DNA of 62,621 bases, counting the filler, from Nemertoderma westbladi (lineage: Eukaryota; Animalia; Xenacoelomorpha), in the NCBI GenBank assembly GCA_032718475.1. It is 3 parts of 3 records of this genome, joined end to end, with 100 filler letters (N's around TTAATTAATTAA, not from the genome) between each part and the next. Parts side by side here need not be neighbours in the genome. Positions count along the whole stretch, not along the records: positions 30,421 to 51,157 come from JAUCBJ010002395.1; positions 51,258 to 62,621 come from JAUCBJ010000194.1; 1 more part is not named here. The stretch is one strand, 5' to 3'. Made by a program: the position numbers and the translations under genes. Positions 49,773-61,716 of the stretch are shown in pieces (position 1 is the first letter of the stretch; every line of letters starts with the position of its first letter). The notes under the pieces are model-generated. The model ran no database searches, was not told where the DNA came from, and was given only the letters and a program-made list of their open reading frames with translations.

Positions 49773-51157
49773 GCCCATAGGTTGTCTCTCCCTTACTGCC
49801 TTAAGGGATTCGGATAAACAGATAGATGCGTAATTTTACAGATATAACAGCAGTAAAGCCGTTGCCGAAATAATTGCATTATTATTAACGTGAGTTTCGG
49901 TTTATGTATGAACAGATGAATACATATACAGTATGTTATATACAAGAACAATGTATATTATATTTCGCGACTAAATCTCAATAATATGTAACTCGTAAGG
50001 AGAGAAAAAAAAAGAAAAAACCGAAAGACTTCGGAAATAAGAATAATTATGTAATTACGTTAAAGATGAAAGTACAGAAGCTTATGTACACCAAAGTATA
50101 ATATAATGAAAAAAAAATTTTTTAGAATGCTATCCAAATATTTCTCCCTTGGTGAAAATATTAACAAACAATAAGTCAGTATAATATTTGTAGTATTATG
50201 CAATGTTGGAATGAACGTTTCAGTGAACCCAATATTTGTCAATATTATACCGTGAGCAGTTAGCTCCATTACTTACACTGCTAGTAACCTACCTGCACCT
50301 TGAAGCTCTGATAGGACGTTGCCTTAGCAACGATATTCTGGCTTTGGGCTTGGCTGCCCAGAGTGATTTACAAACCTGGTTTTTCCTATAGACAATATGC
50401 TGATACACAACCTCCAAGGGAGGGGAAATGGCTCTGGTCCAGGTTGATATACAAGTCTGGTTATTCCTGCCGAGCAAATGCTAATACACAATAGAAAATA
50501 GTCACATAGGATGTCACTGCAAAACCAATTACCTTTGTCAATTGGGTATTATTACAACATATTAGATTGACAACACAGTAGTGTTGTGGTAGTGTACCAG
50601 TACCAGACTGAGTCTTGTAATAGGCCCCACTAACAACTCCGGGCTACGTTCTGAAATACAGCCTCTGGAATATTATTAAATTATTTTCATTATAAATTAT
50701 TCACTAGAAAGCCAGTCTGTCAATTTAATCGTCCAGTATCAATTCCCGCGGGCTAATACAATTCATTTTCGGGCTAAGGATGCCCTGCCCACTGGCTAAG
50801 AAAGCTTGCGGGTAAACGATTCCCATTTTGCGGGCTAAGAATTCCCGCGGGCTAAGTCATCACCCAACCGAACATACAGTTGCCTGAACTGCTTTACTCG
50901 TATCTCTGTAACCACAACCCAAATGCTGTGATTCACAGTATGCGATTTCACCGTGCGGTCACCGCAAGTGTATCTGAGAACAGGCCCATTACTGGTACAG
51001 CTACAATTAGTTTCAAAAAATTAATGTAAAACATCAAAAGGAGCAGGTTAAAGGGGTTGTGTTTTCTAACCAAAACAATAAACAAAAGTAGGTTTCATCG
51101 ATTTGCGCTGGAGAACTTTTTTATTTACGACCAACTGGCGCCACTATTTGCGAGATA

Positions 51158-51257
51158 NNNNNNNNNNNNNNNNNNNNNNNNNNNNNNNNNNNNNNNNNNN
51201 NTTAATTAATTAANNNNNNNNNNNNNNNNNNNNNNNNNNNNNNNNNNNNNNNNNNNN
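51158..51257. other. Assembly gap with artificial linker
   Basis: N-run, TTAATTAATTAA, N-run. Confidence 0.95.
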
Positions 51258-52167
51258 ATTTAGAGGTAGTTTCAGGGAGCACATGTGCGTCTATCACCGA
51301 AGGGGTGATTTCAAGAACAGGCCTAATTATTTCAGGCTCATCTACTATAGTAGGGAGTCTTTCTATTTTAATTATTTGGTCTGTGGGCTCTGTACTACCT
51401 ACTTTGGTGTTATTTAGTTGCCTTCTAACAGCTGGAGGCAAATCAGGCAATTTCTGCCGGTGGAATGTTCTTTTACGTCTGCTTAGGCGAGATCGATTTC
51501 CTCCGCCTTCGGTGTCGGTGGTATCGCCTTCCTCAGATGATGTATACCCCTGTCTCTTGGGAGTAGATCGACTCATCATCTGCATATTGCTCGCTGTTAA
51601 CTGTTTATTGAAGTTGTCTTGCCTCTCTTGAAGATTTTCCAACTCTAGTTGGGTTGCCTCTTCAGATGCCCTCCGTTCTGCTTCTGCCACTGCCTCTGCC
51701 GCCTTTCTTTCCGCTTCGGCCGCTGCCATTGCCGCCTTTCTTTCTGCTTCTGCCGCTTTTGCCTCTGCCGCTGCCTCTGCCGCTGCCGCTTTTGCCTCTG
51801 CCGCTGCCTCTGCTGCTGCCAATTTTCTTTCTGCTTCTGCAGCTACCACTGCTGCTTTCTTTCTGTCTTCTATACGTTTTTTCTTTACTTGTTCTTCTCT
51901 TTCTCTAGCGATGCGGAGTTGTTCATCGAATTTAGCTTGGTTCGCCGCTAACCTATCCACATCAATCGCATCTAACACAAGTTTGGCTCCTTCGCTATTA
52001 GGGCTAAGTCCCTCTAGCCTTCTCCTCAACTCTTCATCTCCCACAAAACGCTGATAGTCTGACAGATAGATATCAATGGCATCCCTCTTATGCGGTTTCT
52101 CTGCTGTCGCTTCACTCTCCGTTGTATCTAGTAGACTGTCTGACAGGTTCTGCTTTGCGTCAGACAT
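51258..52167 (-). CDS. Coiled-coil (AAEAE/K-rich) ORF truncated by the gap, likely an LTR-retroelement gag N-terminus
   Basis: ATG-initiated and open for ~300 codons up to the gap. It lies ~2.4 kb inside LTR copy 2, behind a leader with internal repeats. Product is inferred from context only. Confidence 0.5.
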
Positions 52168-53539
52168 GTTTGTGTGTACAGTTGAATGTCTACTGCTGTA
52201 TTACAGTCTGAGCAAGTCTAGTAACTCAGTATTAACTGATAGCCTAGTAATTAATTACCGGTACTGCTACTCAGTGTAGCGTGATATATATATAATATAT
52301 TAAAATACCGGTATGCTTATAGTATATATAACTATATAAGTATTATTACAGACTAGGTTTATCACAGAATACCGGTATAATTTTAGCACAAATATATATA
52401 AATATATAATAGGCCTATCGAATACCGGTATACAGCTTACAGTTTGTAGGATATATAATTCTGAAATAGAATTAATTACAAGTACCGGTATAATTTCAGC
52501 CTAGATTTATAGAAATAAAGATAATAGGCCTATCGTAAATACCGGTATATCAATTATTTCAAATAATTGAATTTCTGTTACTTTAGGGTTACTTGGTTAC
52601 TTTACTTACTTTATTACCGTTATTTGAGCAGTAATCCAACTGATATTGAGACCTGATGGTTGTATGGTAGGCCTACGATTTATAAATCGTTAGATTTGAT
52701 TTATAATATATATATACCCGTTTTAATGGGTTTTGTCAATGTTTGAAATAAATGTTATTATTTCTGGGGAGTAATCACTACACAAAGCGGTGCGCTTTCA
52801 GTGAAGTGTTACGTACAGGACACTAAAACAAATAATACTAATTTACCTAAGTTACTTAATACTACAAATTACGTACAATTCGGGTGAGATTACAATCTCT
52901 AAATAAACACAAAATTTTACAAAAACACAAATACGAATTTTTAGGGTAATTTTACAAGAAGTCTACAAACCAGCCTAACAAAGGGTTAGAAAACTGATTA
53001 TTACAGCGGACAGGGTACTACGGTATTGGAAATAATAAGTAGTAGTAAATACACTGCGTTGTCTAGATAGGAAAATACCACCGCCTGACGACCTATAGCC
53101 GTATCGCTATAGGTTCTACGTTATGTATCACGGAGTGTTCCTACCTAGAAGTTAATAGAGCTAATCGAATGTGCCTATCAACCACTTTACAACACAAATA
53201 TAATGTCTACAATAATTACTTCGGAAAGCACTGTACACTAAACCCTAAATTAGGTACAAGTACTTGTACAACAGATAATCAGTAGTTAAATATACTTGAA
53301 CAGCTAAAAGAACCACGGCATCTGCTGGAGTGACCGATGCACAAAATCACCAGTCTTTACCTACGCCGAGCAGCCCGTGTAGTACCGGGGTTAATTTAAC
53401 TATAGCGGTATGTATAACAAACACAATTACTGTAGGAACAAACTTGGGGAATTGAATGTTGCGAATAATCGCATAAACTCTGAATAATAAATATTACGCT
53501 ATGCGTACAAACTACTCAAACAAAATACAGACCGAACAC

Positions 53540-54055
53540 TGACAGACTACTATCAAGCCTAAACAAACTACGGTATATGCAGACTCCGAAATGATTAGGG
53601 AGTATGCGCTCTAACCCAGTAGTGCGACTTATTCTTTAGTTGGGGGTTTACCTTACAGCGTTCGCTGCCCCTACTGCCTAATCGTACTTAATCGGACAGA
53701 TGATCTACACACGCGGCAATCCGTTCAGACTTAATAACAGCCAGACAACTATCCAGCCTACAAATTATTTAAATAAAATTATACGCTACCCGTACAGACT
53801 TACACAAACAGAGTACAGACTAAACGATGGCAGACTACTCTCAAGCCTAAATAAACTACAGGACATGCAGACTCCGAAATGATTAGGGAGTATGCGCTCT
53901 AACCCAGTAGTGCGACTTATTCTTTAGTTGGGGGGTTTACCTTACAGCGTTGCTGCCCCTACTTCCTAACCGTACTTAATCGGACAAGTGCTCTACACAC
54001 ACTGCAATTCGTTCGGACTTAACAGCAATCAGACAACAGCTCAGCCTACAAATTG
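53540..54055. repeat. Direct duplication with ~290-bp period in the putative LTR-element leader
   Basis: CAGACTCCGAAATGATTAGGGAGTATGCGCTCTAACCCAGTAGTGCGACTTATTCTTTAGTTGGGG occurs twice. Confidence 0.9.
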
Positions 54056-54533
54056 TCTGTACAATCTGATCAGGTTTACACGCCTTCTGTTCAATACTGG
54101 CCTACAAACAAATAAAACTGACAGAAATAGGCCTAAGTAAAATCCCAATAAAAACCAGGCGTCCCCGATTAATTATTAAGACCTACCGGCATATATAATC
54201 AAATCGAATAATACTGCTGTACTTATACGGAAGTAAGTACCGGTCCGGATGATCAGGCAGTCAGGCCTACTGGTTACCGGTCGACCGATACTTTCGACTT
54301 TATTGCTTACTGCAATAAAGAAGCTATATCCTTTAATGTTCGCGCTTTCAGACCTTTGGCAGTTTAACCCGCCAAATTAGAATGTCTTCTAGATAATAAA
54401 TCGCTTTTTAGTCTATGACAAGTATTTGATTCACTACACTAGTCGAAACCAATCCGTGCGCGACCATTCACCCGCTGGATATTCCCGGGAGATTGGGTTC
54501 GACGGTTTAATTTTTATTGCTATGTAAGCCTAA

Positions 54534-55579
54534 TGTATTATTCGACTGACAGTAATATATAATCTCTGACAATATTATTCACCTTCGGTAATATTAACAG
54601 TTCCTTTAGGACGTGGCGCTTTATCTATATAAACAGAGTTATGACTTAAACTACTCACAACGATATGGCTTAATTATAATTCACATATATGGCGCATTCT
54701 TTAGGAATTGCTTCTTTAACAGACTCACTCATACACAATGCTGCACAATACTGCACACTAATCTGCCAATCTTCACTGATTTTAGTCACATATAAAAGGA
54801 ACACAGACTGAATCATGTAGGGTCTATCAAATAACATTAGATTCACTTCAAACCACTTTAACATAAGTCACAATCGTTTATTTGTAACCCTTCTCTCTTA
54901 CCTTCGGTATATCAAGAATATTGGGTTTAGGGGTTGTTTATCGTTATTCCAAATATAATTATTCATCAACCATATTATGAAGAACTGACGGTAAATAGCA
55001 GTATAAAACAACAATGAAAACACTGATTGTTATGAGTTTGCAATGTTTCAGCAGTCAGCATGTATGATCAGTCAGCAGTCATCAGAGTCTTTAGGTAGGT
55101 TAAAGGATATATGCCCTTTATAATTAAACCTACTAGTGTACGACTAAAAAGCAGTACAGCACAAAAATACTTCCAAGCCGTTCTTTCTTTGGCTCAGGAC
55201 TGAATGTAAACACTGCACATAGGCATTGCGTCATTTCTCGGAAATTTTCTGTACAAGGAGCCACAAAAACGCTCTCATTGGCTGACTGAACTGAGAGACG
55301 CCGTAGAACAAAGGAAATCAACACGTATGAATGTCAGCTGTTAACCGTAGTCATAGTAACTACTGTTCAAGAGTAGCTATCACCCCTTTGCGTCACGAAT
55401 TGCCATAGAATCACAAAATATGCCTTTCACAGTACACATACGGAGGAAATAGGTCTTAGATCCTCTAAAAACACCGATACAGCAATAATACGGTCTCTTA
55501 CACTTATTAAATCAACTACAGAGTATTTTAATGTAAAAGATAATAAAAATAACGGGGCAATTCAGCAAAGGCTTTTACA
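54534..55579. mobile_element. LTR-like repeat, copy 2
   Basis: TGTATTATTCGACTGA...GCTTTTACA, colinear with 42972-43935. Confidence 0.75.
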
Positions 55580-55779
55580 CTCTGTTCAATCTACCATGGC
55601 TTAATATATTGCTGACTCTGACGTCGCACGACTGGAATTCTGTCCACAGTGGGTCAACCCTAACACGGGTTTGTGGACGTCTTTTTGAAAAAGATAACGT
55701 TATAATTTCCCATCAACAACAAGAGACGGACAAGGTTGATCGACAAGAACCTGACGAAATGGGGGACAGAGGATTCCAA

Positions 55780-56275
55780 GAGGGGGTGGGGGCAGTTCCC
55801 TGTTCCCCCAGGATTGATCACTGGTCCAGAGGGAGTGGGGGCAGTTCCCTGTTCCCCCAGGATTCGTCACGGGTCCAGAGGGAGTGGGGGGCAGTTCCCT
55901 GTTCCCCAAGAATTGGTCACGGGTCCAGAGGGAGTGGGGGGCAGTTCCCTGTTCCTCCAGGATTGGTCACTGGTCCAGAGGGAGTGGGGGGCAGTTCCCT
56001 GTTCCCCAGGGTTGGTCACGGGTCCAGAGGGAGTGGGGTCAGTTCCCTGTTCCCCCAGGATTGGTCACGGGTCCAGAGGGAGTGGGGGGCAGTTCCCTGT
56101 TCCCCCAGGATTGGTCACGGGTACAGAGGGAGTGGGGGGCAGTTCCCTATTCCCCCAGGATTGGTCACTGGTCCAGAGGGAGTGGGGGCAGTTCCCTGTC
56201 CCCCCAGGATTGGTCACGGGTCCAGAGGGAGTGGGGGACCGTTCCCTATTCCCCAGGATTGGTCACTGGTCCAGG
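55780..56275. repeat. 49-50-bp G-rich minisatellite, ~10 copies
   Basis: Unit GGGAGTGGGGGGCAGTTCCCTGTTCCCCCAGGATTGGTCACGGGTCCAGA. Confidence 0.95.
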
Positions 56276-57488
56276 TCCAAACAACTCCTGTCCATGACAG
56301 TGAACGCATATTAAGCCCATAAACGTAGACAAAAATGCTTGTTATAGACCTAAAAATCCCAATCCTTTAAGGGATGTCGTTCCAACCCTAAACACACTCC
56401 ACTCTGACTGACAGACGATATTAACAACCAGCATGCATGGTCATGGAGTTATATAATTCAGGGTATTTATTCCTTTGTTTCGGCCAGTATTTCCGGCGCC
56501 ACAGGCCGTCACATTGATATGTACAGCTTTATCTTGCTGTGTGGACGAGCCGTCACTGATGCTGGTAAATCCCCAAGAGTGATACTAATTAGGGTTTATA
56601 CGAACAGATTTTAAGACAGCTGTTCATATGCAATTACCGGCTTGTTCCAGTGATATTCCAAGTTATAATCAATGAGTCGAATTCAGTCGATTTCATACGG
56701 ATATATGCTACCGGTATTCTATTGCATACAACAAAGGAATGCGTTCAGTTAAGTAAGGCATGTATGCTATTCAATCGGAAAATAAATAGTTCGACGTTTC
56801 ATACCGAATTTGAAATTGGACAAAATTTCCTAGCATTTGTGATCTACGTGAAGATACCATTAGAAGATAATTATTATTATTATTTGATGCGATGTAATTC
56901 GACATCTAAATGTTGAGAGATATTGACATTGGACTATACATACATTACAAGTATTTTATTATAACTTTTGTTGGGCACAGCTTTTGCAAAGTCGGCAAAG
57001 ATGTCCAGGTGGGATCGAACTGGTCACCTCCGTTAATGCCTCAATCCTACTGTACTTGGCCGCCTCTTGGCCATATTATTTGAGAATTTAGAATGAATAC
57101 TTTTTTGAATACTTTTCTAAAATAAGTCGCAAGTAATAATTAGTGAAATTATCAGAGATTGTTCGTATTTATACTACCGTAATTCTCAGCGATGTCTGCT
57201 GTACGCGAATGGCCAGATTTTATACGACCTTTTTGACTTTTCTTTCCTATTTATTTCAAACGAAATGATTATTTCATTTCCTTATTTCCCTTCAAGAATC
57301 CTGTCCAAAGAAAATGATTAGTTCCTATTTCAAAGGAAATGATTACTTCCTTTACTTATTTGACCTTTTCGAAGGGAAATAAAAGTTAAATATGCAATCC
57401 TACTTGACTTGTTACTGTTTAGGTCTTTGGTAGAGCTTCTTTTTCTCCTAATTTTCAAGGATCAAAAAGGCTTCTCATACGGCGCAGT

Positions 57489-57894
57489 GGCGAAGTTCGC
57501 ATATCGTTGGTGGAGGCGGCGAAGTTCGTAGATTGTTGGTGGAGGCGGCGAAGTTCGTAGATCGTTGGTGGAGGCGGCGAAGTTCGTAGATCGTTGGTGG
57601 AGGCGGCGAAGTTCGTAGATTGTTGGTGGAGGCGGCGAAGTTCGTAGATCGTTGGTGGAGGCGGCGAAGTTCGTAGATCGTTGGTGGAGGCGGCGAAGTT
57701 CGTAGATCGTTGGTGGAGGCGGCGAAGTTCGTAGATCGTTGGTGGAGGCGGCGAAGTTCGTAGATCGTTGGTGGAGGCGGCGAAGTTCGTAGATCGTTGG
57801 TGGAGGCGGCGAAGTTCGTAGATCGTTGGTGGAGGCGGCGAAGTTCGTAGATCGTTGGTGGAGGCGGCGAAGTTCGTATATCGTTGGTGGAGGC
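57489..57894. repeat. 29-bp minisatellite, 14 copies
   Basis: Unit GGCGAAGTTCGTAGATCGTTGGTGGAGGC. Confidence 0.95.
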
Positions 57895-58639
57895 GTGGAC
57901 CTTTAAGCGATTTCGTTTACTGTAGCAAATATGCAAATAACTGGCAAACAATTGCCACCATGCTTGGTAGCCATAGGCTATATTTCCTATATATATTATT
58001 AATTCGCCGTCACCAACCCCACAATTCATTTATAATTAATAACATATTCCGTGGCAATACACCTTTTCCGATAGAATTCTAATTAATTGTATTAATTCCC
58101 AACTTCCCTTTTTTTGAAGAAGGTAATTAAATTAATTCCTCTCATTTAAGCAATCATTTTCAGAAAATATGTTAATTTTCTAACGAGAATCCATAATTTT
58201 AGTTTAAATGCTGAAATTTGGTGGCTGTGTCCTGTATTTTAAGGGCTCCGACTCCAGCAAAAATTATGGACTCTGGATCCCTGAGTTAACAGTTATTTGT
58301 TGTTTATCTATGAATTATTAGGCAATTATCAATTTAATATTAATCATTAGCAATTAACCAATTAATTTGTTTCTGTGGAATTTGTTGCGATTCTGGCAAT
58401 GCGAAATCAGTCCGAAATAGCCACGTCCGGTCGTATTGCCGGATGAAATAGAGTTGCGGAGATTTTCACGAGTCGGTAGGTTTATATTATAATGCCAACG
58501 AACGCAAAACGTAATACAAAGATGCTTTTATCGAAAACACTACAGTAATTATAGTAAATGGAAGTAGGGCAATTGCCCCCCGGAAAATTGCCCCAATTTT
58601 GACCAAAATCAATCATCACACTCATAAGTTATTGCAACT

Positions 58640-58955
58640 TTAGTGTCTGTAAGGTGTTAGTGTCTGTAAGGTGTTAGTGTCTGTAAGGTGTTAGTAAGGT
58701 GTTAGTGTCTGTAAGGTGTTAGTGTCTGTAAGGTGTTAGTGTCTGTAAGGTGTTAGTGTCTGTAAGGTGTTAGTAAGGTGTTAGTGTCTGTAAGGTGTTA
58801 GTGTCTGTAAGGTGTTAGTGTCTGTAAGGTGTTAGTGTCTGTAAGGTGTTAGTGTCTGTCAGGTGTTAGTGTCTGTAAGGTGTTAGTGTCTGTAAGGTGT
58901 TAGTGTCTGTAAGGTGTTAGTGTCTGTAAGGTGTTAGTGTCTGTAAGGTGTTAGT
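58640..58955. repeat. 17-bp tandem repeat, ~18 copies
   Basis: Unit TTAGTGTCTGTAAGGTG, with two shortened units. Confidence 0.95.
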
Positions 58956-60050
58956 TTTGTAAATAAACAAAAATAGCGGCCTGCAGACAGACTCTAAAGT
59001 TACAATAACTTTTGAGTTTCAGAATGGATTTTGATCAAATTACTTACAAACCTTTTCTACTCCGATGCTCTTTTAACAGATGTAATAAAAATTTAATAAA
59101 TTCCACCAAAAAATCTTAATTTACTTTTTTCGCCGAGAAAAAAGTAAAATCAATGCAAACCTATGGGTTAATTTTTTTCCGTATGGAAAAAATACTCATT
59201 TTTCTCCAGATTTTGGGGGTATATTCGAGCGAAAAAGTAACAATTTAAGAATAAAAATGTTAACTTACTAAAGCCATATAAGGTAAAACAATTGTTCTAG
59301 AAATATCATGGATATTATGAATAACACATAAAAAGTATAAAAGTTTGATCAGTGGTTTGGGACAGAAAACCGCGACAATATATCCATTTTTTACCTGGCC
59401 CTACAGGTATCAAACGCGTTATTGTGAGAATCTATCATAAAACTTGTAGTAAGCCTAGTAAGTAGTAACTAACTACATACCTTAATACAGCGAGAATTGA
59501 AATCAATGCATCTCCAAATATACCCCGTGGCGACTCGGCCAGGCCTCTAACCCAATCTACAATCCATCGGATTTGAAGAGTGGTGGACTTTTCGTAATTA
59601 AATTTCTTACAGTGTTTTTATTACTAAATTGTGAAAAATAGTAATATCAGAAAGTGAAAGTATTACTTTCATCTCAAATTAAAGGGAGTTAAACTGAGAA
59701 AGCAATCTTTTTATATAAATTTATTGTTAGAAAATTATTGCCTTAGTAAATTTTCGAAAGACTTAAGTGCTGAAATAATATCTTATTCTCGAACGCCCTT
59801 AGAGATCGCAGTTAAATTTTTTTAACTGCGAGTCTGCGACTCGTAGAACTTTAAAGTTAAAAAGTATACATTTTCATTAAACAAACACTAATTTATTGGC
59901 GAGTAAATAAAAAAAGAATCATATTAACAAAAATCAATGAAAATAATTGGCAGGTAAATAACGATAAATTTGGGTGAAACAATACGTTGTGCATAAACGA
60001 TTAAAATCCCTCCCCCTAAACTATCACGGTTTCATATTAACTGTGTGTGA

Positions 60051-61326
60051 TAGAAGAGTTGAAACAGAGACCTGTTTTTTTAATCTCGGTGAACCAGAGA
60101 CCTACCCATAGAATTATTTTGAAAAATACCGGAGTCCAGAGCCAGAGATCAGAGACTGCTTATTTTTGTTCTTACAATTGATGCACCAACTAACAGGTAC
60201 GTATGAACTGAGAACTATTTTTCTACGGTTGAATTAGAGTAAATCGAACCCATTCAACCCTTACCCGATGGAAAGACTGAGATAACGTACAGTTTGGTGG
60301 GTATTTCTAATCCCATTACCCAATAAACACACGTAGTATCCCTCCATCCCTATTGTTTAAGTTTGTTTGTTGGTTTATTAATTAGGCCTATTTTGTTATT
60401 GTTAACATGTTACGTTAATTTTTGCTGCATAGGTATTTTTTTTATAATTAACAAAGGCACTTATTTCACAACTGTTCAAATCATTGACAATGCATTATAA
60501 AATTGGTCATTTACGAATAGTTAGTCCACAGATGTAGTACTCTAATCGACCCATTTACAAGCCTCGTTACGCTCGTTCTCTTCATTTGGTCGCCATAATA
60601 TCTATCCTACAACAAGGTGAATGGAGCTCAACCTGTTATTTTACTTTTAAACTTTTTGGGTGCTCAAGTTAAGCACCTTATCCTTCCTTAGATAAGAACC
60701 ATCTTTAGGTGCTAATTATTTTTCTTAATTAAAAATAGTGAAAACTAAAAGTTAATAATAATAATATCAATGAGCATCAATCAGCAGGTTGGTCTAGTGG
60801 TGACATTCATGGCGATTCCAATTAGGGAGCCCTGGTTCGATCCCTAGTATGGGGCAGCACTATTTGGGAACAGTGCTTTAAATGCTGCAGCCTAGCCCAA
60901 CCCTGGCTTTCATCCTTCAGTGGTCGATAAATGGAACCAAGGCAACTTTGGAAACAGAGTGGAAGGGTTTACTGTGTAAGATCACCAATGGTGGTGAAGG
61001 CATTCCGGCCCAAGGCATTCCTTGGCTTAACGAGCCTAAAAGATTCTCCCATTCAATAATAATAATATAAATTTGTTGAAAATTGAGAGTATAAAAATAG
61101 TTAAAATTTGAAGAAATTATTTATATAGTAATAAAATACTTGTGAAAATCCTCTTCATTTTGCATTTTATGTTGTACAAGATAAATATATAATTTTAATT
61201 TGAAAAAATCACTGATCTCTGCCTCTGGGTAAAATGTATGTTTTCAATACCCGGGAACCAGAGAACTTTCCAGACTAAAAAAACTGCCTGGAGAATCCAA
61301 AGATCAAAGTCTCTGTTTCAACTCTA
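60051..61326. mobile_element. hAT non-autonomous element
   Basis: Termini TAG(AAG)AGTTGAAACAGAGAC...GTCTCTGTTTCAACTCTA, perfect 8-bp TSD GTGTGTGA (60043-60050, 61327-61334), and CAGAGA subterminal motifs. Confidence 0.85.
60773..61050 (+). mobile_element. tRNA-derived SINE nested in the hAT element
   Basis: A-box TGGTCTAGTGG, B-box GGTTCGATCCC, a central CTTTCATCCTTCAGTGGTCGATAAATG block, an (AAT)n tail, and an (AAT)n tract upstream. Confidence 0.75.
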
Positions 61327-61716
61327 GTGTGTGATATATAAAGTAGGATTTATAGTTTAAGTTGAATAAAATAATGACATTTCAAGAATAATATTCAGTA
61401 AATTTAGAAATATTGACGGATATTTGCAAAAAAACATTATAATTTACAATAATGTAACAACAACCATTGGAATTTATATTTTTTCAAATCTGTTTGTGTT
61501 GATATTGTCCTGGGAAATCCATCGCAGCGTGCGAGAAAGTGAAAGCAAGGCGGGTCCACTCTTGATTGAAGATAGGGGCTTACAAATATAATCAAAGAAA
61601 TGCATGAAACCTGTAAATTATACTAGAGTGAAGGGAGGAAGATTTATCAAGGTTTATTATATCAAGGGATTAGTTATCATAGTGTGGTTGAAATAAATGC
61701 TAAAATAAATATTATA

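Larger units (their letters stand above)
43936..50555 (-). mobile_element. Tyrosine-recombinase retrotransposon (DIRS order, Ngaro-like), decayed
   Basis: Contains RT/RNase H, gag-like and YR ORFs. Bounded by a direct repeat (GAAAATAGTCAyATAGGATGTCrCTGCAAAACCAATTACCTTTGTCAATTGGGTATT) at ~43965-44025 and ~50494-50550. No methyltransferase domain follows RNase H. Confidence 0.85.

Noticed and set aside
53085-53120. CTGACGA followed by hairpin CCTATAGC..GCTATAGG
   Set aside because: No GAAA or cleavage triplet follows, so it is not a hammerhead.
57003-57075. tRNA-like sequence on the minus strand (A- and B-box-like motifs)
   Set aside because: I cannot fold a cloverleaf; at best a decayed SINE head, not a tRNA gene.
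55609-58029. ORFs over the 50-bp and 29-bp arrays (also 49311-49764)
   Set aside because: Translations of stop-poor minisatellites cycling through frames; no coding evidence.
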